Virus record (IMG/VR): IMGVR_UViG_3300043036_000358 | Span: 1 to 64,000 of that record | DNA: 64,000 bases | Source: a virus | Lineage: Duplodnaviria > Caudoviricetes | Strand: one strand, 5' to 3' | Part shown: one piece after another, positions 26,431 to 33,884 of the stretch | How positions within the stretch are numbered: position 1 is the stretch's first letter | How the letters are laid out: each line of letters begins with the position of its first letter | Notes under the pieces: model-generated | What the model saw: only the letters and a program-made list of their open reading frames with translations | What the model was told of the DNA's origin: nothing | Databases searched by the model: none | Made by a program: the position numbers and the translations under genes

Positions 26431-26904
26431 ATGTCCTATACTAGACAACCTAACTCGGTACTAGCGGGTAGGGCTTTGGCCCAAAGTCCTGCTGCTAGTA
26501 CAACATCACCACCTGGTGTAGTACCAGTTACACTTCATGCTAATATTTCAACTACGACTGAACTGGGCGTAGTGCAAGTTGGTAGTGGTTTAAGCATAAC
26601 GCCACTTGGTGTGTTATCAGTAGAAACCGCAGGACTAGTACAAGTAAAAATAACTAATGTTAACTATACAGCATTAGCTAGCGATTATTATATTGGTGCT
26701 AATAGTAATGGTATAACTATTACACTGCCAACAGGCGTTACGGGTAAAATTTACATAGTAAAAAATCAAGTAAATGGAAACATAACTCTGGTAGGTACTG
26801 GTGGGCAACAAATCGACAGCAGCAATACTAAAACTTTAGGTTCTAATGATTGCGTTATTGTGTTATTCAACGGCACTCGCTGGAGTATAATCTCAGAGGA
26901 ATAA
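26431..26904 (+). CDS. small fibre-like protein, third paralogue
   Basis: TTTELGVVQVGSGLSIT..GVLS fibre repeat plus ITLP.G..GKIYIVKN...IT.......ID...FNGTRWSII. Confidence 0.8.
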   Translation: MSYTRQPNSVLAGRALAQSPAASTTSPPGVVPVTLHANISTTTELGVVQVGSGLSITPLGVLSVETAGLVQVKITNVNYTALASDYYIGANSNGITITLPTGVTGKIYIVKNQVNGNITLVGTGGQQIDSSNTKTLGSNDCVIVLFNGTRWSIISEE

Positions 26905-26905
26905 A

Positions 26906-27343
26906 ATGGAAGAACTAAAACTTGCGCTTAAACGCGCTTTTGCAACAACTTATGCGTTCCTAGTAAAAGCCGAAAACTTTCACTGGAACGTAACAGGCCC
27001 AAACTTTGTGCAACATCACGAATTGTTTGGTAAAATATACGACGAGGTAGATGATGAGCTGGATGACTTTGCTGAGCGTTTGCGCGCTTTACGCTGTTAT
27101 GTGCCTGCTAGTTTCGCACAACTTAGTGAAAATTCGGCGATTTTGGATACGTTGGAAATATTACCACCAACCGAAATGGTACGTACACTATACGTTGACA
27201 ACGGAAAAATACACACGGCGCTAATGGCGGCCTATGCACTTGCTGAAACTGAAGGTGAACACGGACTTAGTGCGTTTTTAAGTGAACGCATTGATGCACA
27301 CCGCAAACACGGTTGGATGTTGTATTCAACAATGCAACCATAA
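26906..27343 (+). CDS. dps: Dps-family mini-ferritin
   Basis: FHWNVTGPNFVQHHELF..IY......D.FAER ferroxidase motifs; H.K..WML end. Confidence 0.93.
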   Translation: MEELKLALKRAFATTYAFLVKAENFHWNVTGPNFVQHHELFGKIYDEVDDELDDFAERLRALRCYVPASFAQLSENSAILDTLEILPPTEMVRTLYVDNGKIHTALMAAYALAETEGEHGLSAFLSERIDAHRKHGWMLYSTMQP

Positions 27344-27344
27344 C

Positions 27345-27384
27345 AAAAAGCCCCTAACTAGCAATAGTTAGGGGCTTTTCTTTA
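27345..27384. terminator. bidirectional terminator between the converging arms
   Basis: AAAAAGCCCCTAACTA-GCAA-TAGTTAGGGGCTTTTCTTT. Confidence 0.92.
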
Positions 27385-28020
27385 TAGTGGAGTATCTTCC
27401 GTGCTGTCAGTATCGTCTACGTCTTCGTAGTCAACTACATCTTCTGGTGCTAGTTCGCTGAATACTAAGACTAGTATATCACGATAAGGTTGTTCTACAA
27501 GATGTAAGTCTAGTAAGTAAGTATCAAGATGATTATTACGTAGCAACTGAGCATGGTACATAAACTGACCAAAAGCATCTAGTTGTTGCGAAATATTCTC
27601 ATTTGCGTAGTTTTCTAGAGTCTGTGCAGCAGCCATTAGCATTACGTGTGGAATCTGTGATTTTGTTACAGTTACTAAGCGCAGTGCTTTGGCTTCTCGT
27701 GCACGCATAATTTGATTACGCTTGGCTGTGCTCCAACTATAACCACCGTCTCCGCCCCATAAGTCCCAAGCTACTCGACCCTTACTTGGAAAACCTTCTT
27801 CGCCGCTGCGAAAACCAGTTGCGGACTTATCTGGCTCGTGACGAGAGAAAAAGCTATACATGCGTAGCACAACGCTTTCCGATAGCGGTTCACGATCTTT
27901 TAGTTGATTAGCGCGTGCTAGCCCTACTAGTGTGCCACCAGGTTCACCATCTGCTTTCCATGCCAGGGCACGCTTGGCTGCTGTAGCCATGCCTGTTGTT
28001 GGTTTGTATGTTTTTGCCAT
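27382..28020 (-). CDS. hypothetical protein; its N-terminal domain resembles one often fused to phage head/prohead proteins
   Basis: YKPT.GM...A.RAL.W...GG..VG..RA.QL...LS...V.RM.SFFSRHE.DK...GF..GEEGFPS.GRVAW.LWGGD.G.SWS. Confidence 0.75.
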   Translation of the reverse strand: MAKTYKPTTGMATAAKRALAWKADGEPGGTLVGLARANQLKDREPLSESVVLRMYSFFSRHEPDKSATGFRSGEEGFPSKGRVAWDLWGGDGGYSWSTAKRNQIMRAREAKALRLVTVTKSQIPHVMLMAAAQTLENYANENISQQLDAFGQFMYHAQLLRNNHLDTYLLDLHLVEQPYRDILVLVFSELAPEDVVDYEDVDDTDSTEDTPL

Positions 28021-28347
28021 TTATTTTACTGCCTGTTTTTGCAAGTACTTAATCTTTTCTTCGTGAATAGAAATAGCTTCCCTATTTGACTGGATAGCAT
28101 CACGGTTCCGTTGAATTGCTTCTGTTAGATCCTGACGTAGTCTTTCACGAGCTAGTTCAGCACCAGTATTTGGAGCTTGTTTATTGTCGCTAGTTACAAC
28201 TAAACTAACCTTGCTTTCTAAGATAGTTACTTGATGTGCTAGTGTACCCACTGCACTTAGTAAATAACCTACACCTGCTATAATTAGAGGTAACAAGGCA
28301 AATAGTAGTTTTTCTATAAACATACCTTTTTCGTTTTGATCTGCCAT
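28021..28347 (-). CDS. single-TM coiled-coil protein (holin/antiholin-like candidate)
   Basis: N-terminal TM LLFALLPLIIAGVGYLL followed by a heptad helix. Confidence 0.6.
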   Translation of the reverse strand: MADQNEKGMFIEKLLFALLPLIIAGVGYLLSAVGTLAHQVTILESKVSLVVTSDNKQAPNTGAELARERLRQDLTEAIQRNRDAIQSNREAISIHEEKIKYLQKQAVK

Positions 28348-28349
28348 AC

Positions 28350-29105
28350 TTAATTCCTATAAGCCATAATAATTTGTTTACACATCTTGCTACGAACAAT
28401 ATCTTCGTCTAAGAACTCAACTACTTCAATGCCTTCGATACCTTCTAGGCGATCTACAGCATCTTCAAGTCCGCTATCGTGTATGTCTGATTGCTCAGTG
28501 TCACCGCTAAAGATCATTTTACAGTTCTTGCCAATACGTGATAAGAGCATTTTCATCTCCTCACGTGTGCAGTTTTGTGCCTCGTCTACTAGCACAATGC
28601 AGTCGTCAAAAGTTGTGCCGCGTAAAAATCCCAGCGGAGTTGGTTCAATGTCCTTGGACTTTAAACAATACTCATAAAAGCCTTTGCCTAGCGCACGTGT
28701 AAAGATTGCATCAAAAGGCAGCAAGTATGGTGCGTACTTTTCTTCCAGCGTACCAGGCAAGAACCCTAAACCGCGGCCAGTTTCCACATTGGGTCTGGTT
28801 AAGATAACTTTTGAAACTCGCTTGTAGTAAAGTTCACGTGCAGCATAACTAGCAGCAATAAAGGTTTTACCTGTGCCTGCGCTACCAATACCAAATACTA
28901 CTTCACAGTTTTCAATAGCATCTAAGTAGTCTGCTTGTATTGAGTTTAGTGGTTGGATCTCTTTGAAATTATAATTACGCTGTGGCTGTGGCTCTGGGTT
29001 GCCTGCTTGTTTTTCACTACGTAATTTGCTCTTTTCTTCTTGAGATACGCGAGCTGACTTTTTTGCTGGAAAGGTGCGATGGGATTTACCACTATTTCTT
29101 GCCAT
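28350..29105 (-). CDS. phoH: PhoH-family ATPase
   Basis: G.AGTGKT, LTRP.VE, LGFLPG.L.EK..PY, FLRGTT, DEAQN, GD..Q.D, DIVRS. Confidence 0.95.
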   Translation of the reverse strand: MARNSGKSHRTFPAKKSARVSQEEKSKLRSEKQAGNPEPQPQRNYNFKEIQPLNSIQADYLDAIENCEVVFGIGSAGTGKTFIAASYAARELYYKRVSKVILTRPNVETGRGLGFLPGTLEEKYAPYLLPFDAIFTRALGKGFYEYCLKSKDIEPTPLGFLRGTTFDDCIVLVDEAQNCTREEMKMLLSRIGKNCKMIFSGDTEQSDIHDSGLEDAVDRLEGIEGIEVVEFLDEDIVRSKMCKQIIMAYRN

Positions 29106-29146
29106 GAGTTTCCTTAAAAGGTTAATAAAATTCCTGATAAGTGCTT

Positions 29147-29175
29147 ATTTTACCAGGAAATTTGTGTGCTGTCAA
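29147..29175 (-). promoter_or_regulatory. sigma70-type promoter for phoH, overlapped by an inverted repeat
   Basis: Minus strand TTGACA-17 bp-TAAAAT; TTCCTG...CAGGAA arms flank the -10. Confidence 0.75.
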
Positions 29176-29183
29176 ATATAAAT

Positions 29184-29384
29184 TTACTTCGGGGCTTTTG
29201 GTGGTACGGGTGTACCTTCCAGCTTTTTATGAATTTTTACTTGTTTACAAACTTCTTTTGGTTTCTTAGTTTTTGGGTCTGTTTGTTCTACACAAACCCG
29301 CTTGGTTTCGGCAGCAAGCACTGAGTTATTATATCCCAGGAAAAAAATGCCTGAGACTAAGGCTAATACTAGTAATGGATTCAT
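29184..29384 (-). CDS. small secreted basic protein with two Cys
   Basis: Signal peptide ending VLA-A, then KRVC...KEVCK..KIHKKLEGT.VP. Confidence 0.75.
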   Translation of the reverse strand: MNPLLVLALVSGIFFLGYNNSVLAAETKRVCVEQTDPKTKKPKEVCKQVKIHKKLEGTPVPPKAPK

Positions 29385-29837
29385 TTAAATCTCCGGTTGT
29401 GGTGCTGGTTGTGGTGCTGGCTTGCCATTAATAAGTCTGATCTCTGCTAGTGCAGTACCATTAAAACCAGCTGTAGTAGATAACCCAGTATGAAATGTTG
29501 GTTCTTGGCGCGGCACATAGCTGGTTTTGGCAGCAGCTGCGGCATTGGCTTGAGCTTGTTTCATCATAGCCAGTGTAGCGTCTACTTCCTCCTTGCTGCC
29601 ACCAGCCAACATAATTCCACTTAGAGTACCAGTTAAGAACGTGGCGATTGGAACAATTAACTCAAAAAACTTTTGGTCAATTGGTGAGATTGCGTTTAGT
29701 GGTTGTGTTACAAATATCAAGCTATAAAGAACAACAAACACAATACCTGTTAGTGTGAGGGCTAAGCACACTCCAATAAAGAACTTTAGGCGAGCCATTA
29801 GCTGCTCGTCGGTGTATAAGAAATCGTTACTTTGCAC
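29385..29837 (-). CDS. two-TM membrane protein
   Basis: RLKFFIGVCLALTLTGIVFVVLYSLIF...FFELIVPIATFLTGTLSGIMLAG. Confidence 0.8.
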   Translation of the reverse strand: MQSNDFLYTDEQLMARLKFFIGVCLALTLTGIVFVVLYSLIFVTQPLNAISPIDQKFFELIVPIATFLTGTLSGIMLAGGSKEEVDATLAMMKQAQANAAAAAKTSYVPRQEPTFHTGLSTTAGFNGTALAEIRLINGKPAPQPAPQPEI

Positions 29838-30093
29838 AGGCTACTCCGGGGTTGGTTGCTTGAGGCACTACAGCACCTTTTGGGTCTAAGCGCGGATCGC
29901 GCTGACCTTTAAAAATATGATCTGGACAAGTGCGTGTTACGTCGCAGATAGGTCGATGACACTGAGGTGTATCCCAGTTATCAGGATTCTGGCACGGGTA
30001 TCTAAAACGATCACTACCAAAAAATGACAGTGCTATTGGTAACAACACAAGCAGCCCAAGCCACTTAAATAACTTTATATCATTCATTACCAT
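29827..30093 (-). CDS. membrane-anchored Cys-rich periplasmic protein
   Basis: N-terminal TM then DRFRYPCQNP.NW..PQC.RPICDVTRTCP. Confidence 0.8.
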   Translation of the reverse strand: MVMNDIKLFKWLGLLVLLPIALSFFGSDRFRYPCQNPDNWDTPQCHRPICDVTRTCPDHIFKGQRDPRLDPKGAVVPQATNPGVACAK

Positions 30094-30575
30094 CTCCCAG
30101 CATTGCTGCCTAGTTCATAGAAGATCCCAGTAAGGTATATGCCTAAGGCTAGTACAACAGCTAAAATACTGCCCCAAAAAGCATTTTCTAGTAGCTTTGC
30201 GCGTCTTCTTAGCTTTTCTTTTTCAGCAGCTTCTCGGTCTTCTCGTAGTTTTTTACGAAGCTGTATAAACTCGTGGTAGCCGGCACTGCCCAACTCCTGC
30301 AGCTCACCATAAGTAAACATATGGTGAATTTCTTTTTCCATCTGCTGAAGTTGAGCTTTAGCAGCCATTATATCAAATGCCTGACCAGTAACAGAGCCAA
30401 GTACTTTAGCTCCAGGTCTAGAGCTTTTATTAATAGCTTCGGTTAAGTTTCCAGCATGGCTAGCCCACTTACTTAGTTGCGAGTAAATATCTTGAGCTTC
30501 TCGCCCAACTGCAATTGCTTTCTTAACTCCGTTAAAAGCAGCACTAGTTAAAGCTAGTATTGTTACTGGATCCAT
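30087..30575 (-). CDS. conserved phage protein with amphipathic N-terminus, coiled coil and C-terminal TM
   Basis: MDPVTILA...AAF..VKK.I..G.E...(coiled coil)...FWGSILAVVLALGIYLTGIF. Confidence 0.8.
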   Translation of the reverse strand: MDPVTILALTSAAFNGVKKAIAVGREAQDIYSQLSKWASHAGNLTEAINKSSRPGAKVLGSVTGQAFDIMAAKAQLQQMEKEIHHMFTYGELQELGSAGYHEFIQLRKKLREDREAAEKEKLRRRAKLLENAFWGSILAVVLALGIYLTGIFYELGSNAGRW

Positions 30576-30587
30576 AATCCCGCTCCT

Positions 30588-31205
30588 TTAGGTATCTAAT
30601 ACGTGTAGTGCATGCTCATAATGCTTTATTCGGTCTTCAAGTCCAATAGTACCACCATTGATACGTTTGGTTAGTGTTAATATATCGCCACTATCTGCCC
30701 ACTGATTTAGATTATTAGTTTCCCAAAACCAGCAAGCCGACTGCGCAGCGCCTTCAAATGTTTCTAAGTACTCAGCCGCCTCCTCAACACCGATGCCAAG
30801 ACTAGCAGCAAACCAGCTGTAGTTATCGCGGCCGGTTAGTTGAATAAGCCCGCGTCCACAATATCTGTACCCATCACCGGACTCTGGTGGCCCATTACCC
30901 ATGCGGTTGGCGTATACAAGATTGGCAATTGCGGCTTGCTTGCCTGCATACTGCTGCGCTAGTTCGTCACTAGGAAAGTATTTAGGAAATATTTTGCGTA
31001 GCGTGGCTGCACGATAGTTTAGGTTTTCACGTAGTGCCGTAAACCCGCCGGACTCGTGCGCACACTGTGCTATAAAAGCTGCAATACGTTGTGGGGTATT
31101 GATTTCGTAGTCTGGCAGGAGTTTTGCGAGCGCACTATGCCAGTGCTTGACGTGTGAGTTTCGTGGCAGCAACTGCTGTAGTTGTTGTAGTGTTAGTTCG
31201 GTCAC
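30588..31205 (-). CDS. endolysin, glycoside hydrolase family 19
   Basis: R.AAF.AQ.AHESGGF..L.ENLNY, VYANRMGN, GDG..Y.GRG.IQLTGR.NY, T.RINGG..GL.DR. Confidence 0.93.
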   Translation of the reverse strand: MTELTLQQLQQLLPRNSHVKHWHSALAKLLPDYEINTPQRIAAFIAQCAHESGGFTALRENLNYRAATLRKIFPKYFPSDELAQQYAGKQAAIANLVYANRMGNGPPESGDGYRYCGRGLIQLTGRDNYSWFAASLGIGVEEAAEYLETFEGAAQSACWFWETNNLNQWADSGDILTLTKRINGGTIGLEDRIKHYEHALHVLDT

Positions 31206-31462
31206 TTTAACCCTTCATGGATAATTTTTTGTTGCTGATACCATTCCTGCCATGCAGTTAATTTAACCACACACTGGTAGTATTGAGTGTAGTTTTGGTT
31301 AACCACCTCGGCTACTTGGCTTAGTGTGGGGCTACTGGGTAACTGTTGTAGCTCACCACAAGCCTGCGTGCTTTGCAAGCCTGGGGCCTCTGGCCAGTGC
31401 TGCGTGACTGGCACAACTGAGGCGCAGCCGGTTAAAAATAGTGCTAGTAGTATAACTTTCAC
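31202..31462 (-). CDS. o-spanin (Rz1-like lipoprotein)
   Basis: Lipobox LFLTG-C, Pro-rich mature part, YYQC...W..WY. Confidence 0.8.
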   Translation of the reverse strand: MKVILLALFLTGCASVVPVTQHWPEAPGLQSTQACGELQQLPSSPTLSQVAEVVNQNYTQYYQCVVKLTAWQEWYQQQKIIHEGLK

Positions 31463-31878
31463 TTTGGTGCCTTTGCTGCACTATTATGTGCTGTAACAAA
31501 CTCAACTGGTATTTGACAAGTTGCATCATGTTTTACAACTTCACGAGTAATGTACTCGGTAGTAGCTTCACCACGTTGACGTATAACTTGAGTTTTGGTA
31601 ATCACGCGTTCTTTTATTGTTTCGTTTACTTGTTGCGATTTAGCTTCTGCAACCTCAACTTTATGCTGCAAGTCTTTTGCGGCTTGTTGCCACACACCAT
31701 CGGCGTATAAGAGTCCCATAATAAAAATTACGGCAAGCACTACCACACCACCGACTATTTTAATAGGCAACTGGTACGTTTTTAGTGGAACTAGTTGTGA
31801 TAGAAAATAGCCGGAAAATCCCGCTAGCAATAGTAGCCCCCAAAACCAATCTGGAAAAATTTCTAAAATCCAAAACAT
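31459..31878 (-). CDS. i-spanin (Rz-like)
   Basis: Two N-terminal TMs, periplasmic coiled coil, C.IP.EFV.AHN.AA; overlaps the o-spanin by 4 nt. Confidence 0.8.
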   Translation of the reverse strand: MFWILEIFPDWFWGLLLLAGFSGYFLSQLVPLKTYQLPIKIVGGVVVLAVIFIMGLLYADGVWQQAAKDLQHKVEVAEAKSQQVNETIKERVITKTQVIRQRGEATTEYITREVVKHDATCQIPVEFVTAHNSAAKAPK

Positions 31879-31907
31879 TTGGCAACCTTGTGTTATTTAG
31901 TATAATT

Positions 31908-32489
31908 TTATGCGGGCCAAGCAATTGTTGGGAGCAGGGCCATTACTTGAGCATGTGAAGTTGGTTGCGGTTCTTGTGCAAGATCTACTCTACCTAAGTA
32001 GTCTTCAAGGATTGTCCAAACTTGATCGCGTAGTTGAAGGCAATGCAAAGCTTCGGTTCTATATGTTTCGTTGCTTGAAGAAGTGTAGCTAACAGTCTCA
32101 AGGATACTTTCGTAGCCACGTGCTCTGGCCATTGTTTCCAAGTCATTCTTGGCGCGGGACACAATGATGTTGCGCACATCCCGCCACTGGTGGTCGTATA
32201 CGTCATACGTCATGGTGATGTTCTTTGCTTCGTGGTCGCGTTCCCACTGCAAGTCTGGTTTCAATACAGCGTGCTGAAAATCACCAGTGCTTGGAGGTGA
32301 GTTTATGAGCTTGTACAAGCCCAGTGCTTTGACCTCGGCTTCAGGCTGCTGTAAATCAACCTGGGAGTACGCTACCCCGTCTAAAACAAAATTTGAGTAG
32401 GTAACATCGACCAAGTTGTCTCCGTCAATGTAGACCCAGTGGTTTACAGGAGTTGGCGTGTCGAATAAAGGTGTGGTTGTTTCAGTCAT
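31908..32489 (-). CDS. tail fibre assembly/chaperone-like protein (DUF4376-like C-terminus)
   Basis: A..RGY.SI....SY..S....Y..EA......RDQ.W...LP...WP; directly follows the fibre genes. Confidence 0.65.
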   Translation of the reverse strand: MTETTTPLFDTPTPVNHWVYIDGDNLVDVTYSNFVLDGVAYSQVDLQQPEAEVKALGLYKLINSPPSTGDFQHAVLKPDLQWERDHEAKNITMTYDVYDHQWRDVRNIIVSRAKNDLETMARARGYESILETVSYTSSSNETYRTEALHCLQLRDQVWTILEDYLGRVDLAQEPQPTSHAQVMALLPTIAWPA

Positions 32490-32495
32490 GTTATA

Positions 32496-33884
32496 TTAAG
32501 CATTAAATGTAATTAAAATTTGGCCCGGTTTACCGCTTACTCCGGCATAGCGATTGGCTACATTGGGGTTTAAGGGGCCTTTCCCAGCGCCTCCATAACC
32601 AACAGTTCCTTGTGGGTTCGGTGGGGTGCTAGAAATTCCAGAAGATGCTGTTGACCCGGAGCCACGATAAACCTTATTTGATCCACTGCCACTACCGCGT
32701 TGAAACCCTCCAGTACTTCCTTGGTCAGCAAAATGCTGTGGATTTGGGGCTCCGCAAAAAGCTCCGCCACCGCCGTGACCTGAACCAAGGTAGGTTAAGC
32801 CAGCAGCTCTATCCGTCTCGTTTGCTGCTGTATTGATAGAAGATGGGCCCAAACAAGCCAAAACTGCTTCTTCAAAAAATACCGCTGTGCCTGCGGTACG
32901 TGTAGCATCAAGATGTAAGCCGCCACCGATAACACCCTTAACAAAACCGGGATTATTAGCAACAAACCCATTACCGTGTGCAGTTGTAGTAGCCCCTGTA
33001 CCAGAGCCAGAGTAAAACCCAGCAGACCCAGAATCAGCAGAACCGCCACTACCTCCACTACCGGAACTGCCGACGCTCCAATTTATTCCACCACCTCCAC
33101 CACCTCCACCAGCAATTAACACACAATTTGCTGCGGAGAACAGGTCTTTATAGTTTGCGCTGTTCCAGTTTAAGGCTGAATCTGGATACCAACTAGACCC
33201 TTCAAGAACATACACTGCACTGGCCCAGCCTGCATTTCCGGTGTACCAAGTAGCCGACCCACCAGCCCCACCAGCCCCCGCCATACAGCAAAGTACTTGT
33301 CCTACAAAAACATCAGTTCCTACGGTAATTGTTGTTGTGGCATACCCACCAGCTCCTCCGTTACCCGGACTACTACCAGAAGTCCACGAGCCTCCTGAAC
33401 CACCGCCGCCGCCCCAAGCTTGAATGGTAATTGTTGAACAGCCGCTAGGAACAACAAAATTACTAACCGCGTTTTCAAACTCAGGATAATACGTAGCACC
33501 CGGGGTTCTTAAATCACTAGAAGTAAGAGTTGCTCCAATCACGACGTTTGAGCCAAGATAAGTGTAGTCTGTGTAACCAGTATCCAGACCCTCATGAAAA
33601 GAACTTACAACTGCATTAACTGTACCAATAACAAACGCAGGTCTTCTGCTTGAAAACAGCACAGTGTTATTGATTGAGTTAGTGTTTCCAATCGTTGGTG
33701 TAATAAATGCGTTTTTGCCTCTGAAGTCAGACAAAGCAATCTGGGACAAAGCAGTTCTTTTACCAGCTAAATACCGTAGTGTGGTGCTGTCAAGCGAAAG
33801 CTCCGTAGCGTTAGCTGCACCTAAAAGCGAAGAGTTAATTAAACCAAAACTAAGATTGGTTTGGCTGTATAAAATTAGTGCCAT
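32496..33884 (-). CDS. glycine-rich fibre-tip adhesin (polyglycine-II type)
   Basis: Short helical N-terminus (..LSDFRGK) then AWGGGGG, GGAGG, IAGGGGGGG repeats and G..G.ILI end. Confidence 0.75.
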   Translation of the reverse strand: MALILYSQTNLSFGLINSSLLGAANATELSLDSTTLRYLAGKRTALSQIALSDFRGKNAFITPTIGNTNSINNTVLFSSRRPAFVIGTVNAVVSSFHEGLDTGYTDYTYLGSNVVIGATLTSSDLRTPGATYYPEFENAVSNFVVPSGCSTITIQAWGGGGGSGGSWTSGSSPGNGGAGGYATTTITVGTDVFVGQVLCCMAGAGGAGGSATWYTGNAGWASAVYVLEGSSWYPDSALNWNSANYKDLFSAANCVLIAGGGGGGGGINWSVGSSGSGGSGGSADSGSAGFYSGSGTGATTTAHGNGFVANNPGFVKGVIGGGLHLDATRTAGTAVFFEEAVLACLGPSSINTAANETDRAAGLTYLGSGHGGGGAFCGAPNPQHFADQGSTGGFQRGSGSGSNKVYRGSGSTASSGISSTPPNPQGTVGYGGAGKGPLNPNVANRYAGVSGKPGQILITFNA

